64,000 nt of DNA from Candidatus Altiarchaeota archaeon (GTDB lineage: Archaea > Altiarchaeota > Altiarchaeia > IMC4 > SCGC-AAA252-I15): assembly GCA_043800255.1 (NCBI GenBank), contig JAZDNF010000001.1, positions 64,001-128,000 of the forward strand, given 5' to 3'. The notes beneath the pieces are model-generated. The model worked only from the letters and a program-made list of their open reading frames with translations. It had not been told where the DNA came from and ran no database searches. Of the stretch, positions 27,534 to 38,160 are shown piece by piece; position 1 is the stretch's first letter, and each line of letters begins with the position of its first letter. The position numbers and the translations under genes were made by a program.

Positions 27534-29110
27534 AAGAACTACTCAAGAGTTTACGTGTTATGCTGATGATTGTGCTGGTAGCGTTCTCCCTGCTTCTAGT
27601 GTTCAACATAATACCTGTCAACAAGGAGAAGGGCAAGGGCATCGGGTTCGGAAACGGTCTTGATTATGGTCTGGACTTTGCAGGCGGAACACAACTTCAA
27701 CTTAGGCTGGAAAGGCCAGTCGACTCTAATGTTATGGCAATCGAGAAGAGCATACTCGAGAACAGGCTGAACTCTCTTGGCCTTAAGGACATTCCAGTTC
27801 GGCCGTGGGGCAGCCAGTACATCCTGATACAGATTGCCGGGGCAACACCGACTGAGATAACCCGCATCGAGGAAGTGCTGAGACGACAAGCAAGATTCGA
27901 GGAGAGGATAGACGGCGAGCTTGCTGTTCTCGGCGATGAAGTCTCAGTAGACCTCAGCTCCACAGGCCAGCAGATTTACAAGTCTCCTGGAGGCTACTCA
28001 TGGGCGGTATCGGTAAGCCACAGCCCCGAGGGCGCATGCAGGTTCGGGAAGGTGGCGGAGGGCAAGAAGGGCAGGCCTGTGGACATCTTCATAGACCGGC
28101 CGGCCAACACCACGATACTGATGTATGAGGGCAAGTACAATCTATTGGAAAATGTGAGCGCGTCAGGCGAGGGGGACAGCTTCTATTTTGGGGATACTGC
28201 GATAGACCTTATCGAGGTCAGGGCTCAGATACCGGTCGTCGTGTTGGGCGAAATCAACCAGACGATCGAGGAGCTGAAAAGCAAAGGCAACTCCAATGTG
28301 ATACTCGCCGGGGACGAGAGCAGGATATCCGACAGTGTGAGGAACCTCCTTGAGGAGAGCGGATTCAGCACTGTGAGGAACGAGCAGGGCAATATCTCCT
28401 ACGACATGTGGATTTCAGAGCTAACGGGCTTGGAGAGCTCGCCCAGGCTGAACTTCGACACTCTCGGGAAGTGCGTCTACAACGCCCAGATTACGGGCGG
28501 CGCCTCGACTCTGGAGCTCGCCCAGAACGAGGTGAAGACCAACCAGGTTCTGTTAACGTCCGGGAATCTCCCAGCCAAGGCAACAGTCGAGTCAAAGTCG
28601 ACGACACCTCCCACAGTTGGCGGAAAGTTCCTCAGGTACGCGTTTTTCACGGGCGTTATGGCATTTGTGGTCGTAGCTCTCATCATATTCCTCAGGTACA
28701 GACGGCTCTCAATCACCCTGCCGATAATAATAACCGGGCTGAGCGAGATTATTCTCATACTGGGGCTTGCGTCGTTGATAAACTGGGAGCTGGATCTCCC
28801 CGCAGTTGGTGGCATAATCGCCTCTGTTGGAACTGGTGTTGACCACCTGATTGTCATAACCGACGAAACGCTGAAGACAGACAGGAAAAAGAGGGTGTTA
28901 AATTTCTCTGAAAGCCTAAGGAGAGCGTTCTTCATCATCTTCACCGCAGCAGCCACCATGATCGCCGCCATGTTACCCATGTTGAGCATAGGCGCTGGCA
29001 TGCTGAAGGGTTTCGCGTTCACAACGATAATGGGCGTCTTTGTCGGGGTTATCATAGCCAGGCCAGTGTATGCTAAGATGATACAGGAACTCCTAAAGAA
29101 GAGTTATTAA
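27530..29110 (+). CDS. secD: Protein translocase subunit SecD
   Basis: GLDFAGG, RLNSLGLKD, SGNLP, GTGVDHLIVITDE, LKGFAFTTI. Confidence 0.92.
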   Translation: MKELLKSLRVMLMIVLVAFSLLLVFNIIPVNKEKGKGIGFGNGLDYGLDFAGGTQLQLRLERPVDSNVMAIEKSILENRLNSLGLKDIPVRPWGSQYILIQIAGATPTEITRIEEVLRRQARFEERIDGELAVLGDEVSVDLSSTGQQIYKSPGGYSWAVSVSHSPEGACRFGKVAEGKKGRPVDIFIDRPANTTILMYEGKYNLLENVSASGEGDSFYFGDTAIDLIEVRAQIPVVVLGEINQTIEELKSKGNSNVILAGDESRISDSVRNLLEESGFSTVRNEQGNISYDMWISELTGLESSPRLNFDTLGKCVYNAQITGGASTLELAQNEVKTNQVLLTSGNLPAKATVESKSTTPPTVGGKFLRYAFFTGVMAFVVVALIIFLRYRRLSITLPIIITGLSEIILILGLASLINWELDLPAVGGIIASVGTGVDHLIVITDETLKTDRKKRVLNFSESLRRAFFIIFTAAATMIAAMLPMLSIGAGMLKGFAFTTIMGVFVGVIIARPVYAKMIQELLKKSY

Positions 29111-29135
29111 GAGCAAAGATTAATCATTTAAAAAA

Positions 29136-29630
29136 ATGGCCGAAAAAAATCAGAAGGATGTGAAAAAAAGCATACAGGCTTTTTATGATGCGAAAGTGGA
29201 TTCGTTCATGAGCAGACAGCTCCCCCTCATAGGTGCCAAGTCCACTGTCGGCGATGTCCTCCACAGGATGGGCAACTTGAGCACAGATCACCTGTGGGTT
29301 ATAGACTCTGAAAAGGGAGACAAGTTCGTTGGTGTGATAACCGAGAAGGATATCCTGCGTGGCCTTAGCTCTCCATATACGAGCGAGGACATGGAGTGGG
29401 ATATACTGGGTCTGAAGTCCATAACCTACGGTTCTGCAAAGACCGCTGGCGACATCATGTCAAAGCACATTATAACCGCAAAATCCAGCACGACTGTGGG
29501 AGAGGTAATCCGGCTGATGACCCAGAACCGTATCAGACGCCTCCCCGTGGTCGACAGAGACAAACTGATTGGCGAGGTTACAGTGCACCAGATTGCAGGA
29601 CAGGTGAGCAAGAACCTGCTCAAGAAATAA
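29136..29630 (+). CDS. CBS-domain pair protein
   Basis: VGVITEKDIL, AGDIMS, IRRLPVVD. Confidence 0.88.
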   Translation: MAEKNQKDVKKSIQAFYDAKVDSFMSRQLPLIGAKSTVGDVLHRMGNLSTDHLWVIDSEKGDKFVGVITEKDILRGLSSPYTSEDMEWDILGLKSITYGSAKTAGDIMSKHIITAKSSTTVGEVIRLMTQNRIRRLPVVDRDKLIGEVTVHQIAGQVSKNLLKK

Positions 29631-29633
29631 ATC

Positions 29634-30812
29634 ATGTCAGAGATAATCCTGTTCTTCGAGCTGGGTCTGGCTTTGATTCTGGCCAAACTCTTCGGAGAGC
29701 TCTTTGAGAGGATGAAGCAGCCTGCGGTTATGGGAGAAATCCTTGCAGGCATTATCATAGGCCAACAGGTCTTAGGACACTACATCGGTTTAGACCTTAC
29801 GGGAGAGGTTTTTAAGTCTATCGCGGGCATCGGTTCCCTGATACTGTTATTCCTGTCAGGACTTGAGGTCGAGCTTTCAGAGCTGAAGAAGACCGGAAAA
29901 CTGGCCGTTACGGTTGCGACTGGCGGCGTGCTTCTGCCCTTCTTCGGAGGCTATCTTGTTTCGCAATTCTTCGGCTATTCGTTCTCGCAGTCTCTCCTGG
30001 TCGGGGTCATCCTGACAGCGACGAGCGTCGGTGTCACAGCAAGAGTCTTGTTGGATGCTGAGATGCTGAACACGAGGGCCGGGACAACGATACTTGGGGC
30101 GGCGGTGATAGACGACGTGTTCGGCATACTCATGCTGGTGTTAGCGTCCAGTCTAGCTGTAAAACACGGGCTTGATGTGAGCGGTCTGTCCACTCTGGGC
30201 ATTAGCATATTCCTCTTCTTTTTTATAACCCTCTATCTGGGTTTGAAGTTTATCGGCAGGGTTGTTGACCTGCAGAGCAGGATGATAACTTCGAATGCAC
30301 TGCTCGCCATGTCTCTGGGGCTCGGATTTTTGTTCGGCGTGTTCGCAGAGGAGATAAAGATTGCCGCAATAACGGGGGCGTTCATAGCTGGCCTGATCAT
30401 CGGAGAAACTCCCCATAAGCAGAGAATGGTGGAAGAGACAAGAGTACTGGGTCACGGCTTCTTCATCCCATTATTCTTCGTCTACGTTGGAGCGCTGTTC
30501 GACTTCTCAGCACTATTGAATGCCGGATCGCTCATCGTACTTGTAGTTTTTGTTGCGATATTCGGGAAGCTTATCGGCTGCGGCCTGCCTGCGAAACTGA
30601 TGGGATCGTCAAACAGGGAGTCAATCATCATCGGAGTCGGCATGATACCTAGGATGGAAATCGGCCTGATTGTTGCTGCAATCGGCATAGAGTTGGGCAT
30701 GGCATCTGGTGTTGAGGCTGAGATGCTGGCATTAGCTATAGTCACCTCCATTGTAACCGGGCTCCTCCCGTTGTTCTTCCTCAGGCCCCTCCTCAGGGGC
30801 TACAAGGGTTAG
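29634..30812 (+). CDS. CPA2 cation:proton antiporter (NapA/Kef-like)
   Basis: QPAVMGEILAG, ATSVGVT, AAVIDD, GAFIAG, GMIPRME. Confidence 0.9.
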   Translation: MSEIILFFELGLALILAKLFGELFERMKQPAVMGEILAGIIIGQQVLGHYIGLDLTGEVFKSIAGIGSLILLFLSGLEVELSELKKTGKLAVTVATGGVLLPFFGGYLVSQFFGYSFSQSLLVGVILTATSVGVTARVLLDAEMLNTRAGTTILGAAVIDDVFGILMLVLASSLAVKHGLDVSGLSTLGISIFLFFFITLYLGLKFIGRVVDLQSRMITSNALLAMSLGLGFLFGVFAEEIKIAAITGAFIAGLIIGETPHKQRMVEETRVLGHGFFIPLFFVYVGALFDFSALLNAGSLIVLVVFVAIFGKLIGCGLPAKLMGSSNRESIIIGVGMIPRMEIGLIVAAIGIELGMASGVEAEMLALAIVTSIVTGLLPLFFLRPLLRGYKG

Positions 30813-30863
30813 GCTTTTTTAATACCTTTCACATATGTTAAAACCAATTTTGGGGTGAACTAT

Positions 30864-31850
30864 ATGGTTAAAATCTATCATGACGTTGACGCTGACATCA
30901 GCGTCTTAAAGGGGAAGACTGTTGCGATAATAGGATACGGCAACCAGGGCGGCGCGCAGGCTCAGAACATGCGCGACTCCGGGGTTAAAGTCATAGTAGG
31001 CTCTATAAAGGACGCCTCGTATGAGAAGGCCAAGGAGGACGGCTTCGAAGTCTATCCGATAGCAGAGGCAGCGAAGAAGGCTGACATAATCCACATACTG
31101 TTGCCTGACGAGGTCCAGTCTAAAGTCTACGAGACGGACATCAAACCAAACCTGAAGAAGGGCAACGCCCTCATGTTCTCCCACGGCTTCAACATAAGGT
31201 TCACGAGGATCATCCCGCCAAAGGACGTCGACGTCATAATGGTCGCTCCCAAGGGCCCGGGCAAGAGGGTCAGGGAAACCTACGTTGAGGGTTTCGGCAC
31301 TCCCGCTCTTATAGCGGTTGAGAGGGATGCATCAGGAAAGGCGAAGGATGTCGTCCTGGCATTGGCGAAAGCTCTTGGAGCCACCAGGGCAGGAGTCCTG
31401 GAGACCACGTTCACGGAGGAGACAGAGACTGACCTCTTCGGAGAGCAGGTTGACCTGTGCGGCGGAGCCACCGAACTCATCAAAGCCTCATTTGACACTC
31501 TAGTAGAGGCAGGCTACCAGCCTGAGCTCGCATACTTCGAATGCCTGCACGAGCTGAAACTGATAACCGACCTGATACAGGAGGGCGGCCTCGAGCACAT
31601 GTGGAAGTGCGTCAGCAACACTGCAGAGTACGGCGGCAGAACCAGAGGAGAGAAGATTATAACCCAAGAGACGAGAAAGGAGATGAAAAAAATCCTGAAG
31701 GACATTCAGTCCGGCAAGTTCGCCGACGAGTGGGTAGACGAGTGCAAAAAAGGAATCCCAAACCTCAAGAAGATGCGCGAAAAAGACCAGAACCTGCAAA
31801 TCGAGAAAGTCGGCGCACAAATCAGGAAGATGTTCGTCAGGAAAGGGTGA
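30864..31850 (+). CDS. ilvC: Ketol-acid reductoisomerase
   Basis: [42 protein letters not shown]. Confidence 0.97.
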   Translation: MVKIYHDVDADISVLKGKTVAIIGYGNQGGAQAQNMRDSGVKVIVGSIKDASYEKAKEDGFEVYPIAEAAKKADIIHILLPDEVQSKVYETDIKPNLKKGNALMFSHGFNIRFTRIIPPKDVDVIMVAPKGPGKRVRETYVEGFGTPALIAVERDASGKAKDVVLALAKALGATRAGVLETTFTEETETDLFGEQVDLCGGATELIKASFDTLVEAGYQPELAYFECLHELKLITDLIQEGGLEHMWKCVSNTAEYGGRTRGEKIITQETRKEMKKILKDIQSGKFADEWVDECKKGIPNLKKMREKDQNLQIEKVGAQIRKMFVRKG

Positions 31851-31906
31851 GCGGAACGAAGAGAGGGAGATGTTCGAAAACTCAGATATCCTTTATGCGG
31901 CGAATT

Positions 31907-33148
31907 TCATGGATGTTGCGCCCCCTCTCCAGCTATGAGTTTTCCATTAATTGCAGCAATCATATCCTTTGGGGAGAATGTCGTCTTGTTCCATGAGCCG
32001 ACTATAATGCCCTTACGGGTTAGTTTGTCTATCTCCTCGCTGTATGGCTGCGGGTTGCTGGAATATATCATAAGGATGATTGCCTTAGGATATCGTCTAT
32101 GAAGTTCTTTAGTTAGCTCTATGCCGTTCATTCCTCCCTCCAGTTCTATATCCGATAGTATTACGTCCGGAGGCTTCTCACCAGTATTCACCTTATCCTC
32201 TATGACTTTTAGTGCTCGTTCTCCACTAGCATAATAACCTTTGCACTCACTCTTCCTTGTTATCGAATCCTCAGGCAAATCAATTTCTAATGGCGCATAC
32301 CTCTTCAGTCCTCTGCAGTGATTTAATCCATCTGCCCAAGTAGTATGGAAGGGATTGTCTTCAACAAGCATGAACGAGGCTTCCTTGACAAGTGGAGGTA
32401 TTCTGGTCCCAGAAAAGATTCCCAGACTCATTTTAGCTGCAGAAGACATCAGATCTATCGTTGGTTTGAGTTTGAATGCATGACCAGGGTCTGTGTAAAA
32501 TCTTGACTTCCTGCCGTTAGCCTTCGCAGCCCGGGATTCACTATCATAATCATCAGATACTATTGGCACATATCTGTCCGTATCTGCCTGAGCTATCTGG
32601 GCTGCATGTCCGAGGAATCCAACAGAGAAAATCCTGTTCTCCGGCTTTTCCATGAGATTCATAAGATTTTCATGGGTCTGATGCATATCCACCCAGACTT
32701 TTGCATCTGGACGCTCTTGCATAATTTGCTTGCGCAGGTTTTCGTCTTTCACAAACCTTGACCAAGCGGAACCACTTATATACGACAAAAATAAGCCCTT
32801 GACTCCCTTTTCGTTCTCACCTTTAGCAATTGTGGATTCGTCAATTCTCTGCGCCAGATACAAATCAAGAACGGGTCTTCTCAGGATATCGCCAACATTA
32901 TCGGCCAACAGAAATATCAAGTCCTCTCGCGTAAACTCAACTTTCGCCAAGTCGCTAAGATTCTTCTTATTGCCAAAAAAATTCCACAGGATACGAAAAG
33001 TCGCGATATTCTCATCCCGTTGATTCTTTGGCAGGGCCACTAGTTGATCAATAACCGGCTTAAACAACTGTCCAAATTTAGTTGACGCGGTAAATTCCAT
33101 CAAAGGAGGGAATTCCCCAGGCGATTCTGTAATCTGCTTAGTGACCAT
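31907..33148 (-). CDS. Orphan protein with C-terminal response-regulator receiver domain
   Basis: FMLVEDN..PDVILSDIELEGGMNGIEL..IYSS..K; N-terminal ~260 aa unrecognised; AT-richer than neighbours. Confidence 0.65.
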   Translation of the reverse strand: MVTKQITESPGEFPPLMEFTASTKFGQLFKPVIDQLVALPKNQRDENIATFRILWNFFGNKKNLSDLAKVEFTREDLIFLLADNVGDILRRPVLDLYLAQRIDESTIAKGENEKGVKGLFLSYISGSAWSRFVKDENLRKQIMQERPDAKVWVDMHQTHENLMNLMEKPENRIFSVGFLGHAAQIAQADTDRYVPIVSDDYDSESRAAKANGRKSRFYTDPGHAFKLKPTIDLMSSAAKMSLGIFSGTRIPPLVKEASFMLVEDNPFHTTWADGLNHCRGLKRYAPLEIDLPEDSITRKSECKGYYASGERALKVIEDKVNTGEKPPDVILSDIELEGGMNGIELTKELHRRYPKAIILMIYSSNPQPYSEEIDKLTRKGIIVGSWNKTTFSPKDMIAAINGKLIAGEGAQHP

Positions 33149-33327
33149 CCTTATTTTTTACTACTTACGCATACTGGGGCTGCTTTTCCATCAGCTCAGG
33201 CAACCCGTTATTGTGGTTATCTTGAGCGCTCTTCGGTATAAATTATCCTTACGCGTTATCAGACTAAATATCCGGACGCTATGGCCCACGTTGCGGATTT
33301 CTTTTCGTATTGTCTATAGTATTAGTG

Positions 33328-34381
33328 ATGGCTCTGAAGGAGAAGGGGGAGGTGATGGATGCCGGGCTTTTGCCGAAATCTAAGACACTGCAGAAGATAC
33401 CTCAGAATCCTCTAAGGTTTTATCTCATATCTGCTGGAAACACGAAGGATTTCGGGGAAATAGAAGATAGCTTGAACAGTGAAATAGAAAATGCTGTGAC
33501 GGCGGGGAAGAGGGTCGTCTACATGGAGGATGTGCACGAGTTCCCGATGCTGGAACATACTAAAAAGCCGATGTTGGGGCGGATTGTGGGTTCGCCAAGG
33601 CAGAGGAAAAAATTCAAGAACATAAACAGTCTGTTTCCGAGGGGTCTAAGCTGATGCCCCGCACTGCAGAATTCTCGGCAGTGATTGCGGAGGATTACTT
33701 CCAACGGAGAAAAAAGGGCAATATGGTGAAAAATTTGAGGTTGCGTCTGGTCTGCCAGAATATGGGCAGAGTATAAAATACAATGAGGCGTTCTCACTCA
33801 GAGAGAAGGCGTTAAAGGCAGCGCAGAAGGGGAATGCAGAGGATTATGTGGATGGCATGAGAGAATACAGCGGGAAGATGCTGCAATACTTGAGTGACAG
33901 GTACAAGCATCAGGAGCGTCGGATTAGGGAGCTGATGAGAAAAAATCCGGACGCTGTGTTGTTGACGGTAATACCGAACGCCCACCTGCCGTTCTACACC
34001 CTCATGAAGAATGCTGGATACAATGTCGGAGACCGTCCTGGATTCTACAGTCCAGTCGTGGAACTGTTCAATGCTGATGAATACCTGATGAGGCAGGCTA
34101 TGGGCGAGAAGATCCCAGAAAAAGACGAGCGTATGGGCTACCTGAGAGACTTCATATCTAACATGGTTTACGGGCATTTGATGTCCCAGCAGGGCGAGCC
34201 TGCCTTCGCGTCATCCACTAGGAAGACGGAACTGAACGCGAGGAAGATGACGGACCGGCTGTCAGACGAGGATGTTCTAGTTTATTGGACCAAAGATCAA
34301 TACATAAAACACTACAGCACGCCGAAATTCACACACGAGTGGGTGCAGGAGAGGTTAGACCGGAAGAAGAATGTTAACTAA
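33328..34381 (+). pseudogene. Probably frameshifted orphan gene (ORFs 33310-33654 and 33848-34381)
   Basis: The downstream frame is open back to 33650 with no ATG before 33848 and overlaps the upstream ORF stop at 33652-33654. Confidence 0.45.
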
Positions 34382-35147
34382 GCGGATTATCCCCTGTCTC
34401 GACTGTGACTTAAGCGTGCCGGAAGGCAGGGTGGTGAAGGGGATAAAGTTCGAGCAGATTAAGCATGCTGGGGAGCCTGCTGAACTGGCGGAAAAGTACT
34501 ACAAAGACGGCGCGGATGAAATAATCTTTTTGGACATCACCGCTTCCCATGAGAGGAGAGCTACCATGATGCATGTGATAGAGAAGACTGCTGAGAGGGT
34601 GTTCATACCATTAACCATCGGAGGTGGGATAAAGTCAACAGACGATATCAAGAGAATACTGCGGGCCGGAGCCGACAAGATAACAATAAACACCGCGGCA
34701 ATAAAGAACCCGAAGCTTGTGACAGACGGCTCAAGGAAATTCGGAAACCAGTGCATGGTAGTCGCAATAGACTCCAAGAGGACCGGGAAGACAAAATCAG
34801 GGCACGAGTGTTACATCTACGGCGGCAGGGAGCCTACAGGAGTCGACACCCTCGAGTGGGCTGAAAAGTCCGAAAAACTGGGAGCCGGTGAGATCATGCT
34901 CACCTCCATGGACAAAGACGGGACGAAGGAGGGATTCGACCTGGAGCTGACAAAATTGGTGTCCGAGGCGGTTAACATCCCCGTGATAGCCTCAGGCGGA
35001 GTCGGAAAACCGGAGCACATACTAGAGGCTTTCACAAAAGGAAAGGCCGATGCAGCCCTCGCGGCGTCAATATTCCACTATGGAGAATACACGGTAACAG
35101 ACGTGAAAAAGTTTCTGAAGGAGAGGGGAGTGCCTGTCAGGCTCTAA
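34371..35147 (+). CDS. hisF: Imidazole glycerol phosphate synthase cyclase subunit
   Basis: [47 protein letters not shown]. Confidence 0.97.
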   Translation: MLTKRIIPCLDCDLSVPEGRVVKGIKFEQIKHAGEPAELAEKYYKDGADEIIFLDITASHERRATMMHVIEKTAERVFIPLTIGGGIKSTDDIKRILRAGADKITINTAAIKNPKLVTDGSRKFGNQCMVVAIDSKRTGKTKSGHECYIYGGREPTGVDTLEWAEKSEKLGAGEIMLTSMDKDGTKEGFDLELTKLVSEAVNIPVIASGGVGKPEHILEAFTKGKADAALAASIFHYGEYTVTDVKKFLKERGVPVRL

Positions 35148-35148
35148 T

Positions 35149-36846
35149 CTAGTCGACGATGTTCTCTATCATCTCGTGGAGGCTTCCGCCCGGTTTGACG
35201 ATGGGCATGATATTCTCATCCCTGTCGGTCTGTACGTCGATAATGCAGGGCATTCCCGACTTTATCGCGGACTTCAGGGCTGGCTGGATATCCCCAGGTT
35301 TTTCGACCCTGATGCCCTTGGCGTTGAAGGCTTCCGCGAATTTCACGAAATCCGGGACCTCACCAAGGTATGTGTGGGACCTCCTCCCATTGTAGAACAG
35401 GTCCTGCCACTGTCTGACCATGCCCAAGTATCTGTTGTTCAAGAGGAGCACGATTACTGGTATCCTCTCTACGACGCAGGTTGCTAGGTCCTGGCATGTC
35501 ATAAGGAACGACCCCTCGCTTGCGACGTCTATGACAGTGTAGTCTGGTTTGGCGACTTTCGCGCCTATTGCGAACGGGAAGCCGGCGCCCATGGTGCCCA
35601 ATCCGCCGGAGGATATGAACGTCCTGGGATGCTTCATGTTCAGATAGTGGGCGGCGAACATCTGATTGGTCCCAACCTCGGTCGTTATGATTGTCTTCTT
35701 GTCTATCAGCTTGTTCAGCTCCTTCATAACCCTCTGGGGCTTGATGGGAACGTCATCATAGTCATAGCATATTGCGAACTCTTTCTTGAACTTCTTTATC
35801 CTGTTATGCCATTCGGTGTTCCCCTTCCTCTTGAGTTTGCCGACGATGTCATGGACGCTCTTCAGGACCAGCTTAGCGTCGCCGACGATTGGAACATCGA
35901 CGTCAACGTTCTTCCCAATCTCTGACGGGTCGATGTCGGAGTGTATTATCTTCGCCTTCGGGACGAAGTAGCCGACGTTGCTGGCCACTCTGTCGTCCAT
36001 CCGCATTCCGATTGCGAATAGAACGTCGCAGTCGTGGAGCAGCATGTTTGCATACTTCCTGCCGTGCATTCCCACCATACCCAGTGCAAGCGGATGGTCC
36101 TCCGGGAAGCATCCCTTGCCCATCAGGGTAGTCGCGACCGGGATGCCAAGGGATGCGGCAAGCTTGTACAATTCGGCGCTCGCATTCGAGATGATGACGC
36201 CTCCGCCTGCGAGTATCATCGGCCGCTCGGCATTCATCAGAAGTTTTGCAGCCTCCTTGATCTGCCTCGGATGGCCTCCGGAGACTATGACCTTATAGCC
36301 TGGCAGGTCGACGTCCTTGGGATATGAGAATTTGTCTGTGAGGCTCCTTTGCTGGATATCCTTGGGCAAATCGACCAGGACAGGTCCCTGCCTCCTCGTG
36401 GTCGCTATCTTGAACGCTGTTTTGATGGTTCTCGGAATGTCGTCTGGGTTGGTAATCTGGAAATTATCTTTTGTTATCGGCATCGTGATTCCGATGATGT
36501 CAGCCTCTTGGAACGCGTCGTTTCCTATCAGATGGCTGGCAACCTGCCCGGTCAACGCGATAACCGGGGTTGAATCCATATACGCGTTCGCAATGCCTGT
36601 TACAAGATTCGTCGCGCCCGGGCCTGAAGTCGCTATACAGACTCCCGGCTTCCCGCTGACTCTAGCATAACCTTCGGCAGCGTGGGCTGCGCACTGCTCA
36701 TGGCGCATTAGAATATGCCGTAAAGTGCTCTCCGGAGTGTCATAGAGCACATCGTAGACTTCCATGATGGATCCGCCCAGTATCCCGAACATGTGCTTGA
36801 CTCCTTCAGCCTTCAGGCACTCTATTACCGCTTGGGAACCTTTCAT
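35149..36846 (-). CDS. ilvB: Acetolactate synthase large subunit
   Basis: RHEQCAAHAAEGYAR, TSGPGATN, DAFQE, GMVGMHG, SGGLGTMG, LGMVRQWQ. Confidence 0.96.
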   Translation of the reverse strand: MKGSQAVIECLKAEGVKHMFGILGGSIMEVYDVLYDTPESTLRHILMRHEQCAAHAAEGYARVSGKPGVCIATSGPGATNLVTGIANAYMDSTPVIALTGQVASHLIGNDAFQEADIIGITMPITKDNFQITNPDDIPRTIKTAFKIATTRRQGPVLVDLPKDIQQRSLTDKFSYPKDVDLPGYKVIVSGGHPRQIKEAAKLLMNAERPMILAGGGVIISNASAELYKLAASLGIPVATTLMGKGCFPEDHPLALGMVGMHGRKYANMLLHDCDVLFAIGMRMDDRVASNVGYFVPKAKIIHSDIDPSEIGKNVDVDVPIVGDAKLVLKSVHDIVGKLKRKGNTEWHNRIKKFKKEFAICYDYDDVPIKPQRVMKELNKLIDKKTIITTEVGTNQMFAAHYLNMKHPRTFISSGGLGTMGAGFPFAIGAKVAKPDYTVIDVASEGSFLMTCQDLATCVVERIPVIVLLLNNRYLGMVRQWQDLFYNGRRSHTYLGEVPDFVKFAEAFNAKGIRVEKPGDIQPALKSAIKSGMPCIIDVQTDRDENIMPIVKPGGSLHEMIENIVD

Positions 36847-36895
36847 CTTTATCTGACAAAAATCTATAATAAATTAAATCCCCGCCTTAAATAGA

Positions 36896-38011
36896 ATGGA
36901 AGATACGTCCAAGTACGCTCTCATGGGTTTGGAGGATTTCGAGAAAGTCCTGTCTGATATGCTTTCTGGGATGGGTTATACGATAAGTTCGATACGTCTT
37001 GAAGGTGATATGATAACCATAAGGGCTAAAACGACAGGCAAGATACTCAAGAAAGCCGTATTCGAAGTCCACCGGACGAGGAAGGTGTCCAAGCATGATG
37101 TCTCCAGTCTCTTGAAGAGGGTTGAGGCAGAGGGATACGATAGTCTTCATGTAATCTCACTCGACGGCTTTCAGAAGGGCGTTAGGTCATACTGTGGGCG
37201 TAAGTCGGTTGAGGCGATGGACGGCAGCCGGTTCCTGAGATTGATAAAAAAAGAGGCTCCCGATTCTGCAGGCAGGGAAAGGCACATACTCTACACACTA
37301 AGCTTCGGACGGGGAATACCGCCTGAGGAGGCTGAAAAACATTTCAAAAAAATCCTGAGGAAGGGCCCGCTGGGTTTTGGAGCAAAGGAGCGGATTATGG
37401 GCGTTGAATGCCGCTACACCCCTCTTGGCAGGTTCAAGATTACCGAGGCTAAGGCTGACATCCTAGCTGACCGGGCTGATGATTTTTACGTTGACCTTAA
37501 CTCCGGACTCCTATATTATGTGACGTTCGGCCTGCACAGGAACAAGATAAGAGTAAGGTCATCGGACGTGCTGGCCAAACTTCTGAAGCTGCCGATGGAA
37601 TGCTCTAACCTTCTGGGCTTCGTTTTCGAGAGGGAGATAACGAATTTCCACGACATTGTCAGCGTAGAGCGCGATGTCGTTAACGAGCATATCCTGATGC
37701 TGAGGGAGATGGATCTCATAGAGGTGACTTCAGACCCTAATCCCCAGATCCTATCCACCCTTAACATTCCGCGCCCAGCGAACATCAGATACGACCTCGG
37801 CCATCACCTGAGGATACTGGAGTCGCAGGATACCTCTTGCGAGGCTGACAGGATAATATACGATACTGATCTCATTGCCGGCGTTTTAGGCTCTTTTTTC
37901 AGGATGCCCTTCGAATTCAAGGATGTAGTGTACTTCCCCTACTATGTATGCATCATCGGAGACGAACGCGGGGTAACGCGGCGTGAGACTCTCCTCGCAG
38001 CCTCTCCCTAG
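36896..38011 (+). CDS. Mrr-like (REase-fold) protein with degenerate catalytic motif, paralog 1
   Basis: DFEKVLSDML..MGY, ISLDGF, EAMDGSRF; C-terminal blocks shared with the downstream gene. Confidence 0.65.
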   Translation: MEDTSKYALMGLEDFEKVLSDMLSGMGYTISSIRLEGDMITIRAKTTGKILKKAVFEVHRTRKVSKHDVSSLLKRVEAEGYDSLHVISLDGFQKGVRSYCGRKSVEAMDGSRFLRLIKKEAPDSAGRERHILYTLSFGRGIPPEEAEKHFKKILRKGPLGFGAKERIMGVECRYTPLGRFKITEAKADILADRADDFYVDLNSGLLYYVTFGLHRNKIRVRSSDVLAKLLKLPMECSNLLGFVFEREITNFHDIVSVERDVVNEHILMLREMDLIEVTSDPNPQILSTLNIPRPANIRYDLGHHLRILESQDTSCEADRIIYDTDLIAGVLGSFFRMPFEFKDVVYFPYYVCIIGDERGVTRRETLLAASP

Positions 38012-38027
38012 CCGTTGGACGTGATTT

Positions 38028-38131
38028 ATAGCGAATTGCATAAATAATTGAACATTTAGCTTTATGCAATTCGATATATGCAATTGCATATGCCGATTAA
38101 GAAAAGTTAAAAAACATATGTAATTGCCTAT
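38028..38131. promoter_or_regulatory. Four copies of palindrome ATATGCAATTGCATAT (one perfect)
   Basis: Perfect at 38076-38091; variants at 38028-38043 (12/16), 38062-38077 (13/16), 38116-38131 (14/16). Confidence 0.65.
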
Positions 38132-38160
38132 ATTTACATAATCTGCTCAAATCATAACAT

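Noticed and set aside
38012-38160. Replication origin
   Set aside because: Short, with no ORB-like G-string elements and no cdc6/orc1 nearby
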